A stretch of 64,000 nucleotides of DNA from Dipteris shenzhenensis (lineage: Eukaryota), in the NCBI GenBank assembly GCA_047967505.1, contig CM106538.1; one strand, 5' to 3'. Below the pieces are notes generated by a model. That model made no database searches, was not told the origin of the DNA, and saw only the letters and a program-made list of their open reading frames with translations. Position numbers and translations under genes: made by a program. Below are positions 62,661-64,000 of this stretch, piece after piece (position 1 is the stretch's first letter; every line of letters begins with the position of its first letter).

Positions 62661-64000
62661 CCCCATAATTGATATTGGCAAAACTATTTTACATATTGTG
62701 TCATTCTCCTCATCTCACTTAATTCTTGTATATGTGGGCTTGTAAAAAATTATGTGCTTTGGTAATCATGGGCAATGTTTGGAAAGCAATGATGTACACC
62801 AAAATCTCACTTTCTGTATTCTCTGGTTTGCATCTATTTACGCGTCTAAATGCGCGTTTGATTCTTAGTGTAAACATGCAAATAAACGCGCTAATACACG
62901 CGCAAATAGACGCGCTAATAAACGGGATGTTAGACGGGCCCGTATTTTCTCAGGTTAGATGCGCATGTAGACGCGGTAATTTACGCGCAAATAGACGAGC
63001 TTTTAGACGCGCATTTAGACGCGCCCGTAATTCCTCTACTAAAGAAATGCCTATAGATGCGCCTGCTTTTTGCATGTCTATCAAGCGCGTCTATAGTTGC
63101 TTTGTGTTGTTGTGATAGAAGCTACCGCCTTTTATTGATTTTCCAACAAGTTGAGAACCTTTGTATTGGTCTTTGATCATGCATTCACTAGAAAATGATG
63201 TTACTAATAGTCAATCGGTCTTAAACCACTCAAGTGAGCTTCTTAAGTGAATGCCAACAGATTATGCCTATCTTGAGGGAAGGTATTGAGGACTATAATC
63301 CTAGCATGTCATGAAAATGAATGTATATAATATATACAATAAAGATGAAAACTTTTAACAAGCTAGTCATTTTAGTTTGACATTATCAACAAAACATAAT
63401 ATAATTTTGTATGTTTTCTTCAAAAAGATGTGAATCTTGGCAATGCTTTAAACTTTTTAGCAAAATAGTATTTAGATGGATAAAAAATTAACTAAATCAA
63501 ACTTAATCCCATGGATCTTTGGCTTTAAATTTGATATTTGGCCATTGTGGCTTATATTTCATGTGTTATTTTTTAAACAACCATCTTATGAACACTTTGA
63601 GGTATTGAAATGATGCCCCTTATATTCTCTCCCTCCCTAATTAAGTCACTTTTGGGCATAAAATAGATGGTGATGAGTGATCAACTTAATCAATATATGT
63701 AGCAAATCATTTCATAAAGAAGTAAGCATATATGGCATGGATATTTGACAATAGATCAATGTGACACTTCTTGACTTTATATAGACATTTTTTAAAAATT
63801 AGAATGTGTGCAAGTTCCTTAGGAAGCTTTGATGGAGAATATAGCATGATTATAGTTAGCCATGTAGGTTACAAAATGTACAGATTGCAATGTTCCTTAT
63901 AGTACAAATGCTTTATATCCATATATTCCTTGCATATTTGTCATGGTCATCAAGGACCATGCTGTTTAGGTAAGAGTTCACATCAACCTTTCTAGATACT

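Larger units (their letters stand above)
55544..63114 (+). mobile_element. En/Spm (CACTA-superfamily) DNA transposon, copy B, 7571 bp, CACAA termini, TSD ATA, inverted relative to copy A
   Basis: CACAACAAGACAAAGCACCCATAGACG at 55544; ...CGTCTATAGTTGCTTTGTGTTGTTGTG ending at 63114; ATA at 55541-55543 and 63115-63117; TAGACGCG subterminal repeats. Confidence 0.95.

Noticed and set aside
3891-63114. One giant composite transposon or inversion bounded by copies A and B
   Set aside because: Each copy has its own matched TSD (AAC/AAC, ATA/ATA), and the outer flanks AAC and ATA do not match.

Overview
Eukaryotic, intron-containing, transposon-dense land-plant DNA; the species cannot be determined from the sequence alone. 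The only host-type gene is a frameshifted class-3 lipase (At4g10955-like) at about 1.3-2.2 kb. Three copies of an En/Spm (CACTA-superfamily) family with non-canonical CACAA termini are present: 3891-11185 (TSD AAC) nested inside an older copy (about 3568-16872), and an inverted copy at 55544-63114 (TSD ATA). The region 43.4-55.5 kb is a nest of Ty3/Gypsy, Ty1/Copia and CACTA fragments. The most unusual part is 17641 to about 43400, which starts with a canonical CACTA terminus. In order it carries a truncated Tnp2 start, a TnpA-like exon, and a 35-unit array of 182-bp hairpin-forming monomers with higher-order structure. Next come 14 copies of a 22-bp GC palindrome in G-rich spacers and a roughly 990-codon gene, split by an hAT MITE and one frameshift, with a ParB/DGQHR-like motif and a degenerate DNA amino-methyltransferase-like C-terminus. 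It ends with three tandem Ulp1/C48 protease modules that all have His-Asn-Cys. I interpret this as a decayed giant cargo-carrying CACTA element, possibly with its own cis-array plus chromatin-effector system. The structural features are seen directly; domain identities come from motif recognition by eye and any function is inference.
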